Positions 19,003 through 28,214 of a DNA stretch of 64,000 nt are shown one piece after another. Origin of the DNA: Candidatus Parcubacteria bacterium (GTDB lineage: Bacteria; Patescibacteriota; Patescibacteriia; Patescibacteriales; UBA12075); assembly GCA_963814275.1 (NCBI GenBank), contig CAWFCE010000002.1, forward strand, positions 875,263-939,262, written 5' to 3'. How positions within the stretch are numbered: the stretch's first letter is position 1; every line of letters begins with the position of its first letter. A model generated the notes under the pieces. The model had not been told where the DNA came from, searched no databases, and was given only the letters and a program-made list of their open reading frames with translations. A program made the position numbers and the translations under genes.

Positions 19003-19374
19003 ATGGAATTATATATTGATACAAGCAAATTCGATTCGATCAGGACCCAATTGAAGGAAAAGGGCAAAACGCTTTGTGAAATTACAAAAGACGCGAATCG
19101 CGCCCAAGCTGAAGAGTTACTGCCGGCAATCGAAAGATGCCTAAAGGAATCCGGCCGGGAGCTTCAGGGTATCGAAAAGGTAATCGTTACGAATGAAGGA
19201 GAAAGTTTTACCGCACTCCGCATCGGTATCGCGACAGCCAATGCGCTGGCGTACGCCCTGGGAATAAAAGCGGCGGATCAAAATGGCAATTTTATCGACC
19301 ATGGCAATTTTTCTTTAGCCGCACCGCATTATGATCGTGAACCTAATATTTCTAAAGAAAAGATTAAAATTTAA
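19003..19374 (+). CDS. tsaB: short TsaB (YeaZ)-like protein, N-terminal domain only
   Basis: LYIDTS start, then LLPAIERCLKESG...IEKVIV..EGESFTALRIGIATANALAYALGI, which matches the TsaB pattern (..GPGSFTGLRIG..). Only 123 aa. Confidence 0.55.
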   Translation: MELYIDTSKFDSIRTQLKEKGKTLCEITKDANRAQAEELLPAIERCLKESGRELQGIEKVIVTNEGESFTALRIGIATANALAYALGIKAADQNGNFIDHGNFSLAAPHYDREPNISKEKIKI

Positions 19375-19475
19375 ATAGTAATTAATTATCAGAGGATGTA
19401 TTATCGGTGATAAGCCGATGATATTTTTTATATTAATATTAGGCGTAACTTTACAATATAACTAATATTTTAAAC

Positions 19476-19516
19476 CCGGCTATTGTGGATGAATTGTTGA
19501 AAAGCCGGTTTTTTTG
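19476..19516 (+). terminator. terminator candidate after tsaB-like gene
   Basis: ccggct / agccgg stem with a long loop, followed by TTTTTTT. Confidence 0.45.
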
Positions 19517-19638
19517 TTGAAAAAAATCGGATTTTGTTTTGAAATTAATTTGTTATTTGGGTAATAATATGTGCATAGACGGGGGATGCTATTATATTTT
19601 ATTTAATACTAGTAATAATAAAATAGTAACAAGAATGA

Positions 19639-19667
19639 TTGACTTAGCCCAAAAAGTGGTATATAAT
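19639..19667 (+). promoter_or_regulatory. near-consensus sigma70 promoter with no ORF behind it
   Basis: TTGACT (19639-44) - 17 nt - TATAAT (19662-67). Confidence 0.5.
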
Positions 19668-20014
19668 TTAAATAGATTGGTGAAAAGTGGGGAATAGTGT
19701 ACAATTTTGAAAAATATATTTAACCTTAGCAAATTTGAATAAGTCCTCGCATTTAAAATAACAGTGCGGGGCAAAAATAAAAATTGTAAACAAAAACAAA
19801 TATAATGATTAGCCAAGATTCTACGCGCTAATCGAAAAACAAAAACTGCATGGGGATGCAAAACCCGCCAAAATAGCGGGAAAAAAAGTTTACAATTAAG
19901 GCGAAGAAGGGGTCTGATCTTAGGACAAAACCGGGATCAGCCTCCTTGTGAGTCTTAGTAAGTAGCCATGCTTGTCGTGTTCTTATAGGCTAAAAACCAA
20001 ACGAACGCCCCATG

Positions 20015-20050
20015 CGCAGATACTTTTGAAGTATCTGCGTTTGTGGTTTT
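20015..20050 (+). terminator. rho-independent terminator 58 nt upstream of mraZ
   Basis: 9-bp stem cgcagatac / gtatctgcg, 7-nt loop, then TTTGTGGTTTT. Confidence 0.65.
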
Positions 20051-20107
20051 ATATCGCGGTTTATCTATTGATGTTAATGAATATATATCGTGCTTTCATA
20101 ATACCTT

Positions 20108-20539
20108 ATGTTCATCGGTGAATATCAGCATACAATCGATACCAAGGGGAGGCTGGCCATACCGGCTAAATTCCGGACCCAGCTAAAAAAGGGAGCGGTT
20201 GTTACCCGTGGACTGGACAACTGTTTGTTTTTGTATCCGAAAGAATCGTGGGAAGCGATTGCGGAAAAGCTGGCGAAACTGCCGCTTAGCCAAGCCAAGG
20301 CGCGGGCTTTTTCCCGCCTGATGCTGGCCGGTGCGATGGAGGTCGACTTTGACAATCAGGGGCGGATAAATGTTCCGGAATATTTGCGTTCATTCGCCAA
20401 GCTCGACAAAAGGGCGGTGGTAGCCGGACTTTATGACCGGTTGGAAATATGGGATGAAACAGCCTGGGACAATGTCAAAAACGAGTCGGAAAAAAATACC
20501 AACCAAATAGCGGAAGCATTGAGCGAACTCGGAGTTTAA
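20108..20539 (+). CDS. mraZ: transcriptional regulator MraZ
   Basis: MFIGEYQHTIDTKGRLAIPAKFR and a second GR(I)NVP half-domain. 143 aa, and its position before rsmH fits. Confidence 0.95.
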   Translation: MFIGEYQHTIDTKGRLAIPAKFRTQLKKGAVVTRGLDNCLFLYPKESWEAIAEKLAKLPLSQAKARAFSRLMLAGAMEVDFDNQGRINVPEYLRSFAKLDKRAVVAGLYDRLEIWDETAWDNVKNESEKNTNQIAEALSELGV

Positions 20540-20990
20540 AAAGGTTTACGACTTACGAATTTGTACGAATAAACGAATATTGAATTATCTGAAAAAATCC
20601 GGATCATTCAATCCGTATATTCGTCCCGAGGACTCGGGATTCGTAATTCGTAGATATAAAATAAAAACAAAATGACAAAAAAAATCGTTTGTCAAAACAA
20701 AACGAAAAACAAAGGAAAAAATGTAAGGGTCAGGATCATCAAGGCACCATTGGTAAACACGGCGGACCTCAGGCTGGTGCTTATGGCTAGGGCGAAAGCG
20801 CTAGTTTTATAATTGCATAATAGTGAACAGATATTAAGGGCATGATCGAATTATCGGGATTATCAGCATATAATAAGTTTTTTACGGCTGATTTGACCCC
20901 GCAAAACTCGCTTTGCCCGTGAGCGGGGCTGGCGCGGATCTACATGCGGATAATACGTTGATATCTATGCTGGATATGTGTTGATTATTT

Positions 20991-21968
20991 TTGATGGATT
21001 TTAAATATATGGCCACTGTACATAAGCCAGCGATGCTGAAAGAGGTGATGGAGTACCTGGGAGTGAAGCCCGGGGGAATATATATCGACTGCACTTTGGG
21101 CGGAGGCGGGTATGCCCGGGCCATTGCCAGCACGGCCGGAGCGGAGGGTAAAGTAATAGCGATCGACCTGGACGAAAAAGCGATAGAGGCCGCCCGCCGC
21201 CGTTTTGCGGAAGAGGGTTTGAATAATATTATTTTGAATCATGATAACTTCAGCAATTTACAAGAGATATTCGAGTCTGCAGTCGCGTCCGATCGGTTGG
21301 ATCGGGTTGATGGCATTGTATTCGATCTGGGCTTATCATCAGATCAACTCGCGGACCGGGATCGGGGATTTTCTTTTCAATTGGATGCTCCGCTAGATAT
21401 GCGCTTCGCGCAGGCAGCGGGCAGCGGGCAGCGGACAACAGAATATATTATCAATAAATATTCGGAGAAAGAATTAATTAGGATCATCAGGGAATACGGG
21501 GAGGAGAAGTTTGCCGGTAGTATCGCCCGGGCCATAGCCGCCGCGAGAAAAAAAACGGATATAAAAACGACCGGCGAACTCCTTGAAATAATCAGACAGG
21601 CAGTGCCTGCCGGATACACGCGGGGACGGATACATTTTGCCACCCGAACTTTCCAGGCCCTGCGGATAGCGACCAATGACGAAATGGGAAATTTGGAATC
21701 AGCCTTGCCGCAGGCGGTCTCACTCCTGTGTCCGGGCGGGCGGCTGGCTGTGGTATCTTACCATAGCCTGGAAGACAGGATAGTTAAGCGTTATTTCCGC
21801 CAGGAAAGCCGCGCTTGCGTTTGCCCGCCGGAAACGCCGATCTGCAGCTGCGGGCATGAACCGAAATTGGACATTTTGACCAAACGGCCATTGAAGCCGG
21901 GAGCGGAAGAAATTAGCGTAAACCCGCGCGCGCGCAGCGCAAAATTGCGGGTAGTCGAAAAAAAATAA
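20991..21968 (+). CDS. rsmH: 16S rRNA (cytosine1402-N4)-methyltransferase RsmH
   Basis: HKPAMLKEVMEYL, IDCTLGGGGYA, DLGLSSDQL, SYHSLEDRIVK motifs. The start could be 20991, 20994 or 21009. Confidence 0.9.
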   Translation: MMDFKYMATVHKPAMLKEVMEYLGVKPGGIYIDCTLGGGGYARAIASTAGAEGKVIAIDLDEKAIEAARRRFAEEGLNNIILNHDNFSNLQEIFESAVASDRLDRVDGIVFDLGLSSDQLADRDRGFSFQLDAPLDMRFAQAAGSGQRTTEYIINKYSEKELIRIIREYGEEKFAGSIARAIAAARKKTDIKTTGELLEIIRQAVPAGYTRGRIHFATRTFQALRIATNDEMGNLESALPQAVSLLCPGGRLAVVSYHSLEDRIVKRYFRQESRACVCPPETPICSCGHEPKLDILTKRPLKPGAEEISVNPRARSAKLRVVEKK

Positions 21969-21979
21969 AAACAAAAACA

Positions 21980-22354
21980 ATGCGGAAGGTAAAAAGATCA
22001 CACCATGACACAAAGCCCAATTTGTCTCATGCCGCTGCGCGGCGGAACAAATTTTGGCTGCGGTTGAATATGGGCATCGTCGTTTTGGCGGTAATTGCCG
22101 GCGTGGGTTTTATCGCCTGTATGAACGATATCGCGATAAAAAGTTTCGTTACCTCCGATCTCAAAAAGCGGGTGGCCGAACTGGAAAAAGATAACGAAAA
22201 TCTCGAGCTGGAAGCGGTCAAACTATCGTCAATAGAATCACTGGACCAGCGGGCGCAAGACCTGAAAATGGTCCGCGTAGACTCGATCGATTATATCTCC
22301 GCCTCCTCACTGGCAGTAGCCCGCGCAGGGGGTAAGGCAGAATCTACTCGTTGA
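21980..22354 (+). CDS. FtsL-like single-TM coiled-coil division protein
   Basis: 124 aa. One TM (LNMGIVVLAVIAGVGFIA) followed by a coiled coil (KKRVAELEKDNENLELE). Sits between rsmH and ftsI. Confidence 0.5.
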   Translation: MRKVKRSHHDTKPNLSHAAARRNKFWLRLNMGIVVLAVIAGVGFIACMNDIAIKSFVTSDLKKRVAELEKDNENLELEAVKLSSIESLDQRAQDLKMVRVDSIDYISASSLAVARAGGKAESTR

Positions 22355-22396
22355 TAAATATTTGTTATTTCAATTTTAATATTCCGAATAAATATC

Positions 22397-22452
22397 CAGA
22401 TAACAGATAACAGATAGCAGACGACAGGCCTGTTATCTTCTATCTGCTATCT
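22397..22452. repeat. stop-proximal hairpin carrying the gataacagatagcag motif
   Basis: cagataacagataacagatagcagacgacagg, then the imperfect complement cctgttatcttctatctgctatct. The 22-mer gataacagatagcagacgacag is shared with 8387-8408. Confidence 0.6.
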
Positions 22453-22526
22453 AAAACCAGAGAAATATATTATTATCAATCCATATCCCGCATACATGCC
22501 AATTAAATAAATTTATTTTATAAATC

Positions 22527-24449
22527 ATGTCTCCCCATCGCCGCCAACACAACAAGAAGGAATACGGTAATCGTCTGATCATTCTCATGACGATTATTTT
22601 ATTATTGGGGCTCATTGTCGTGTACCGCCTCGTGCGGCTGGAAATTATCGATTACGATTATTATATTGCCCTGGCTTCGGACCAGCACCAGGTGTTCAAC
22701 CAGTTAATGCCGGAACGGGGGCGTATCTACTTCCAGGACAAGGATGCGGGGAATAAAAGCGGCTTATACCCGATAGCGACGAATAAGGATTTTGGCCTGG
22801 TTTATGCGGTTCCCAGCCTGGTTAGCGATCCGGCGGGAGAGGCGGAAAAGCTTTTTGAACTTTTTGACCGGGAGCAGGTCGCGAAAGATGTCGACAAAGC
22901 ATTGGAAACAGACGAGCAGTTCGCGCCCTTGAAGGAGCCCGACGCCATGGTCGCAAAAGACCGGGAAGCACTGGAAAAATTCCGGGACATCAAGCGCGAG
23001 CTGGACGTCAAGGAGAAAGGCGATGCCATAATTGCGGCATATGTAGAGAAATTGAGCAAACACAATGATCCCTATGAACCGATAAAAAAGAAAGTAGATG
23101 AAGATTATCTTGCCCGCCTGGATCAGCTGGAGTTGGCGGGAATCGAATATGTCAAAGAAAAACATCGCTATTATCCCGAAGGGGAGGTCGGGGCGCAAAT
23201 GATCGGTTTTGTCGGCTATGACGGCGATACAGAAGTCGGGCGTTATGGCCTGGAAGGATTTTTCGATGAAGAGCTTAGAGGGGTGCGCGGAACACTGAGA
23301 GCAGAGCGCTCCGCCAGGGGCGGCACGATAATTATCAATGACCAGGAGTTCAATAGTCCGAAAAATGGCAGCGACCTGGTATTGACCATCGATCGGGTGA
23401 TCCAATTCGAGGTTTGTGATCAGCTGAAAAAAGGAGTAGAACAGTATGCCGCGGATAGCGGCACTATCATCGTCATGGAGCCTTTCACCGGGGCGATCCT
23501 GGCGATGTGTTCGTTTCCCGAATACGACCCTAACCGCTATAGCGAAGTTGAGGACATAAACGACTACAACAACCCGGCCATATTCAGGGCCTTCGAACCG
23601 GGATCGATATTCAAGGTAATTACGCTATCCGCCGGCCTGGATCAGGGAAAGATCACCCCCAAAACCACCTACGAAGATAAAGGCTGGGTGATGGTGGAGG
23701 GCTGGCCGAAACCGATAAAAAATTCCGACTATGAAACCCACGGCGGACATGGGGTGGTGGATATGGTAACGGTTCTGGAAGCGTCGCTTAATACCGGTTC
23801 CATATTCGTGGAACAGAAGACCGGGGCAACGGAATTCGCCGATTACGTGAAAAAATTCGGTTTCGGCGAAAAGACCGGCATCGAACTGGAAACCGAAGGA
23901 TTGACCAATATCCAGAGCCTGAACCGAAAAACGATCAGGCCGGTAGAAGCGGCAACCGCTTCGTTCGGGCAGGGAATTACGGCGACGCCGATACAGCTCA
24001 TTGCGGCATTTTCGGCCGTAGCGAACGGCGGGATTTTGATGAAGCCGTATTTGGTGGATGAAATAATCGCCGCCGACGGCAGCAGCCAAAAAACCCAGCC
24101 AGTCCAGATCCGCCGCGTGATCGAAGATAAGACCGCTTACATGATGGCCGGAATGATGGTAAACGTGGTTGACCTGGGGCATGCGAAATATGCCGCTGTT
24201 CCGGGGTATTACGTGGCGGGGAAAACCGGTACCGCCCAGGTGGCGGACAAGGAACGCGGCGGCTATTACGCCGACCAGACGATCCAGTCGTTTATCGGCT
24301 TTGCCCCGGTAGAAGAGCCGAAATTCGTGATCCTGGTCAAGCTGGAAAATCCGAAGAATGTCGAATTCGCCGCCAATTCCGCCGCTCCGCTCTTCGGTAA
24401 ATTGGCCTCTTTTATACTGAATTATTATCAGGTGCCGAAGGAACGATGA
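22527..24449 (+). CDS. ftsI: class B penicillin-binding protein (FtsI/PBP2-type transpeptidase)
   Basis: N-terminal TM, then SIFK (SxxK), SLN (SxN) and KTGTA (KTG) motifs in order. dcw context. Confidence 0.9.
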   Translation: MSPHRRQHNKKEYGNRLIILMTIILLLGLIVVYRLVRLEIIDYDYYIALASDQHQVFNQLMPERGRIYFQDKDAGNKSGLYPIATNKDFGLVYAVPSLVSDPAGEAEKLFELFDREQVAKDVDKALETDEQFAPLKEPDAMVAKDREALEKFRDIKRELDVKEKGDAIIAAYVEKLSKHNDPYEPIKKKVDEDYLARLDQLELAGIEYVKEKHRYYPEGEVGAQMIGFVGYDGDTEVGRYGLEGFFDEELRGVRGTLRAERSARGGTIIINDQEFNSPKNGSDLVLTIDRVIQFEVCDQLKKGVEQYAADSGTIIVMEPFTGAILAMCSFPEYDPNRYSEVEDINDYNNPAIFRAFEPGSIFKVITLSAGLDQGKITPKTTYEDKGWVMVEGWPKPIKNSDYETHGGHGVVDMVTVLEASLNTGSIFVEQKTGATEFADYVKKFGFGEKTGIELETEGLTNIQSLNRKTIRPVEAATASFGQGITATPIQLIAAFSAVANGGILMKPYLVDEIIAADGSSQKTQPVQIRRVIEDKTAYMMAGMMVNVVDLGHAKYAAVPGYYVAGKTGTAQVADKERGGYYADQTIQSFIGFAPVEEPKFVILVKLENPKNVEFAANSAAPLFGKLASFILNYYQVPKER

Positions 24450-24707
24450 TTCAATTATATTCAAGATTATGCCTATTTCATGAATGCAAGATAATCAATA
24501 TACTGCGTTTAGATAGATGTTTTTAGAAAGCAGATAACAGATAGCAGTTGGCGCAATCATGCTTTATGTTAGAATCTGCAATTGCTTTGTGTTATTTATA
24601 GAAATAAGGTATCATATTTTAAACAAATAATATTATTAAAGATATATTAGTTGTTGTTTGGCAAAAAATAATTCTTATATTCGCGCTAATTCTAAATTCG
24701 CAAGGTT

Positions 24708-26000
24708 ATGATGAAGCTTATCCAGCTAAAACTCAAATGGTTTGCCAAATTGATCCTGGCCAGGTACAAGCCGGAGATTATCGGAATTACCGGCAGTGTC
24801 GGCAAAACCGGCACTAAGGAAGCGGTGTATGCTGTCTTAAAAGACAAATACAAAGTGCGGCGGAGCGTCAAAAATTACAATAATGAATTGGGTTTGCCTC
24901 TGACTATTATCGATGCCGAGGCGCAAGGCCGGAATATGTTCGGTTGGGCCGGAGTTTTTTTGAAAGCGGCTTATGTCCTGTTTTCCAACAGAAAATTTCC
25001 CAAGATATTGATACTGGAAATGGGCGTGGACAAACCGGGTGACATGGATTATTTGACCGATATCGCCAGACCGGAAATAGCCGTGATGACCATGGTCGGC
25101 ACGGTACATGCGGAGTCTTTTCCCAATCGCGATTCGATCAGGAAAGAAAAGGCCAAGCTGCTTCAGGCGGTTCCGGAGGACGGCTGGGCGATAGTGAACT
25201 ACGATAATGAACCATGCCGCCTGAGCGTGAAAGGACTCAAAGCGAAAGTGATCACTTACGGATTGGACGAGGGGGCGATGCTCCGGGCGGATAAGATCGA
25301 TTATAATTTTCTTTCCGCCAAAACTGCGGATGATTTGAGAGGGCTTCGTTTTCGTCTGCATTTCCGCGGCCAGGAACAAACAGTCGCCTTGCCCCGGGTC
25401 CTGGGAACAGCCGCGGTATATTCCGCGCTGGCCGCGGCTGCGGTCGGTATTGCCAAGGGCATCACACTTCAGGATATTGCCCTGTCACTCGAAGCCTATA
25501 GTCCGCCCAAAGGCCGTATGTGCCTGATATCCGGAGTCAAAAAAACCACCTTGATCGATGATGCCTATAATGCCGAGCCGGAGTCGACCAGAATGGCGCT
25601 GGGGGTATTAAGGCAAATTCCCGTCGCCCCGGAAGCGAAGAAGTACGCGGTGCTGGGCGATATGCTCGAATTGGGTGAATATTCGGCCGGGTTGCACCGG
25701 GATATCGGCAAATACGCCGTCAAATGCGGTATCGATTACCTTGTTCTGGTCGGTGAACGGAGCCTGGATATCGCCCACGGCGCCCGTGAGGCCGGTATGG
25801 CGGAGGACAGGATATATCATTTTCCTTTTTCGCCCGAGGCCGGCCGTTTTCTGCAGGAGAGGATCAGGGAGGACGATCTACTCCTCATAAAGGGCTCACA
25901 GGGAATGCGGATGGAAAAGATCGTGAAAGAGCTTATGGCCGATCCGCTGCGCGCGGAAGAATTATTGGTGCGTCAAGACAGGCAATGGACGGGGAAATAG
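24708..26000 (+). CDS. murF: UDP-MurNAc-tripeptide--D-Ala-D-Ala ligase (MurF), lacking the usual N-terminal domain
   Basis: The P-loop ITGSVGKTGTKE is already at aa 27-38. Also DDAYNAEPESTRMAL and VLGDMLELG, which are MurF-type motifs. Confidence 0.8.
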   Translation: MMKLIQLKLKWFAKLILARYKPEIIGITGSVGKTGTKEAVYAVLKDKYKVRRSVKNYNNELGLPLTIIDAEAQGRNMFGWAGVFLKAAYVLFSNRKFPKILILEMGVDKPGDMDYLTDIARPEIAVMTMVGTVHAESFPNRDSIRKEKAKLLQAVPEDGWAIVNYDNEPCRLSVKGLKAKVITYGLDEGAMLRADKIDYNFLSAKTADDLRGLRFRLHFRGQEQTVALPRVLGTAAVYSALAAAAVGIAKGITLQDIALSLEAYSPPKGRMCLISGVKKTTLIDDAYNAEPESTRMALGVLRQIPVAPEAKKYAVLGDMLELGEYSAGLHRDIGKYAVKCGIDYLVLVGERSLDIAHGAREAGMAEDRIYHFPFSPEAGRFLQERIREDDLLLIKGSQGMRMEKIVKELMADPLRAEELLVRQDRQWTGK

Positions 26001-26071
26001 CCTTTTACACATAGCCCGTATCCCGTAACACATAGCAGCCATTGACCCAGTGACTTAATAAATTTGAAACA

Positions 26072-26099
26072 TTGACAAATCGCTATTTTCTGCTAATAT
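26072..26099 (+). promoter_or_regulatory. sigma70-like promoter of the cysK leader
   Basis: TTGACA (26072-77) - 16 nt - TAATAT (26094-99). The predicted TSS is about 26106, only 2-3 nt before the leader ATG. Confidence 0.55.
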
Positions 26100-26108
26100 A
26101 AAATCATT

Positions 26109-26159
26109 ATGAGTATAGTAGTAAAAAATGAAGTTTGTTGTGCCTGCTCCCTCGGATAA
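26109..26159 (+). CDS. candidate 16-codon Cys-rich leader peptide (MSIVVKNEVCCACSLG)
   Basis: ATG 26109, TAA 26157-59. Cys codons at positions 10, 11 and 13. Lies between the promoter and an intrinsic terminator upstream of cysK. No SD, consistent with a near-leaderless start. Confidence 0.45.
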   Translation: MSIVVKNEVCCACSLG

Positions 26160-26197
26160 CCGGGAGTCGGTTTTTGCCTGAATTTTTTTCGACTTAC

Positions 26198-26220
26198 GCT
26201 CCCGGCACGGGAGCCTTTTT
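26198..26220 (+). terminator. intrinsic terminator inside the cysK 5' leader (attenuator)
   Basis: gctcccg-gca-cgggagc 7-bp stem followed by CTTTTTAATTTT. Located downstream of the promoter and 117 nt upstream of the cysK ATG. Confidence 0.7.
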
Positions 26221-26336
26221 AATTTTCAATTTTAGATTTTCGGTTTGAATTATTGAGATATTAATATTTTTTTTCAAGAATGAAGTTCGAATGTCCGGTA
26301 TTTATTCGGTACATTCGTGGATTCGGATTATATTTT

Positions 26337-27233
26337 ATGATCTATCGAAATATCATCCAAACCATCGGCGATACGCCGTTGGTCAGGATAAACAAATTAA
26401 ATCCCAAACCGGGGCAAGTGGAGATCTATGCCAAGCTGGAAGGAAGCAATCCGGGCGGCAGCGTCAAGGACCGGATCGCCCTTAAGATGGTCGAGCAGGC
26501 GGTAGCGGAAGGCAAACTGACCAAGGACAAAACGATCATTGAGGCCACATCGGGCAATACCGGCATCGCCCTGGCGATGATCGGGGCGATCAAGGAATAC
26601 CGGGTGGAAATAGTGATGAGTGACGCGGTATCGGTCGAACGGCGTAAGATGATCGCCGCTTATGGCGCCAAAGTCACGCTGACCCCCGGCAAAGACGGGA
26701 CGGACGGGGCAATTCTCCATGTTCGGGAATTGCTTAAAAAATTTCCTGAAAAATATTTCAATCCGAACCAATTTTCCAACGAATACAACAAGATCGCCCA
26801 TTACGAGACAACGGCCCAGGAAATTTGGAAACAAACCAATGGGGAACTTGATTATTTCGTGGCCGCGATCGGCACTTCCGGCACCCTGATGGGAGTCGGC
26901 ACATTCCTGAAGCGCTACAAACCGGGGGTGAAGGTAGTATCGGCCGAACCCGTTGCCGGCCACTATATCCAGGGGCTTAAGTCCATGGATGAGGCGATCG
27001 TTCCGGAAATATATGACCGCAAACAGCTTGATGACATTATCAAGATCGAAACGGCAGAAGCCTGGGTCATGGCCCGGCGGATTATCCGCGAAGAGGGCAT
27101 TTTCGTCGGCATGTCGAGCGGCGCGGCCATGCTGGCCGCCACAAAAATAGCGGATAAGATAGACTCAGGAAAGATCGTGACGATCTTTCCGGACCGGGGA
27201 GAGAAGTATCTAAGCACGAAATTATTCGAGTGA
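26337..27233 (+). CDS. cysK: cysteine synthase A (O-acetylserine sulfhydrylase)
   Basis: TIGDTPLVRINKL, the PLP-lysine motif GGSVKDRIAL, TSGNTGIALA and GTSGTLMG. ATG 26337 is preferred over the track start 26280, which adds an atypical 19-aa extension. Confidence 0.9.
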   Translation: MIYRNIIQTIGDTPLVRINKLNPKPGQVEIYAKLEGSNPGGSVKDRIALKMVEQAVAEGKLTKDKTIIEATSGNTGIALAMIGAIKEYRVEIVMSDAVSVERRKMIAAYGAKVTLTPGKDGTDGAILHVRELLKKFPEKYFNPNQFSNEYNKIAHYETTAQEIWKQTNGELDYFVAAIGTSGTLMGVGTFLKRYKPGVKVVSAEPVAGHYIQGLKSMDEAIVPEIYDRKQLDDIIKIETAEAWVMARRIIREEGIFVGMSSGAAMLAATKIADKIDSGKIVTIFPDRGEKYLSTKLFE

Positions 27234-27475
27234 TCAATTTAATTTTGGATCAGCGCTTATTGCTTCAAAATTAGCCCAGTAACAAAGATTACCGGGCTTT
27301 ATTTATTAATTATAAATATAAATTATAATAAAAAATATACTTATATTAGTTAAAGATATATTAAGATATTTGACTATATAACTTTGTTGTGGTATTATAT
27401 TTTAATTAAAAATTTTGTTTATTCAAATAACAGGACAAACAAGCAAACATAAACAATCAACATTGGGAGGGAAAA

Positions 27476-28099
27476 ATGAAAACAGCCAAAAAAGTTGTCG
27501 ATTTTCCGGTTAAATTCGAGACGGGCGGAGAAAATTCAAAAAAGTCCAGCGACGAAGCTCTACAAATTTATGGGTTGTTGGCCGCTCTACACAGTATGCT
27601 CCAGGAACTAATGGCGGACTCGTCCAACGGATCGAATGCCACTTTATTGATGAGAAAATTTGAGGAAAAGTCCGGCGGGATACCCAAGAAGCTAGAGCCA
27701 ATCGTTGTTAGCATCCTGTCATTGTTCAAAGCTAATTGCCAGGTAGCGGAAAGTGCCTTAGTTGAAAAAAACGAGAGGGATTCTTTGCGTAATGAAAACA
27801 ACAATCTGAAAGACTGCCTTGTTGCCCAAGGCAGTAATTTGCAAAAACAGGGCAGGGAAAACGCCTCATTGAGACACAAATTAAAAAGGAACCAGGAAAA
27901 AATCAATGATCTTAGAATCGATTTCGTGTCCGCTATAATGCTGGCCTCTAATATGGCCGCAAAAAATAACGTTCCCCCGTGCCCCAAAAGAGAAATCGAC
28001 AGCAATGGGATCAATTGGTTATTTAGCGATTACTGGAAGGTAGCCTTTTTTAATAAATTCGATGGTTTCAAACGCGGTCGAGAAATAGAGGGATTTTAG
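27476..28099 (+). CDS. hypothetical coiled-coil protein
   Basis: GGGAGGG RBS. AT-richer than its neighbours. No family recognised. Confidence 0.6.
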   Translation: MKTAKKVVDFPVKFETGGENSKKSSDEALQIYGLLAALHSMLQELMADSSNGSNATLLMRKFEEKSGGIPKKLEPIVVSILSLFKANCQVAESALVEKNERDSLRNENNNLKDCLVAQGSNLQKQGRENASLRHKLKRNQEKINDLRIDFVSAIMLASNMAAKNNVPPCPKREIDSNGINWLFSDYWKVAFFNKFDGFKRGREIEGF

Positions 28100-28110
28100 C
28101 GTATTTCCTA

Positions 28111-28146
28111 TTAAGAGGCGATAACGTTCGCCTCTTAATTTTTTTT
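28111..28146 (+). terminator. rho-independent terminator
   Basis: ttaagaggcga-taac-gttcgcctcttaa followed by T8. Confidence 0.8.
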
Positions 28147-28214
28147 GATTAAAATACTTGCCATAATCACTATTTCCTATTAAACTTATAATTGTCTAGT
28201 TAAAGCCAAAAAAT

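Noticed and set aside
19592-19861. 89-aa minus-strand ORF in the tsaB-mraZ spacer
   Set aside because: The sequence is AT-rich, low-complexity and hydrophobic, with no RBS. It overlaps a strong + strand promoter. I treated the region as non-coding.
19670-20055. tmRNA, SRP RNA or 6S RNA identity for the ORF-less unit
   Set aside because: There is no tRNA-like 3' end (GGTTCGA.TCC...CCA) and no tag ORF for tmRNA. There is no SRP domain IV motif (GGAAGGAAGCAGCC-like). The size is too large for 6S and no closing stem is evident. Left unassigned.
20672-20812. 46-codon highly basic ORF (MTKKIVCQNKTKNKGKNVRV...) between mraZ and rsmH
   Set aside because: It has no RBS, its A-rich low-complexity start is probably non-coding, and no homology is recognised. 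Not reported as a gene.
26128-26181. Alternative leader ORF MKFVVPAPSDNRESVFA in another frame of the cysK leader
   Set aside because: It has no amino-acid bias related to the downstream gene. It would run through segment 2 of the proposed attenuator. The Cys-rich frame starts nearer the predicted TSS.
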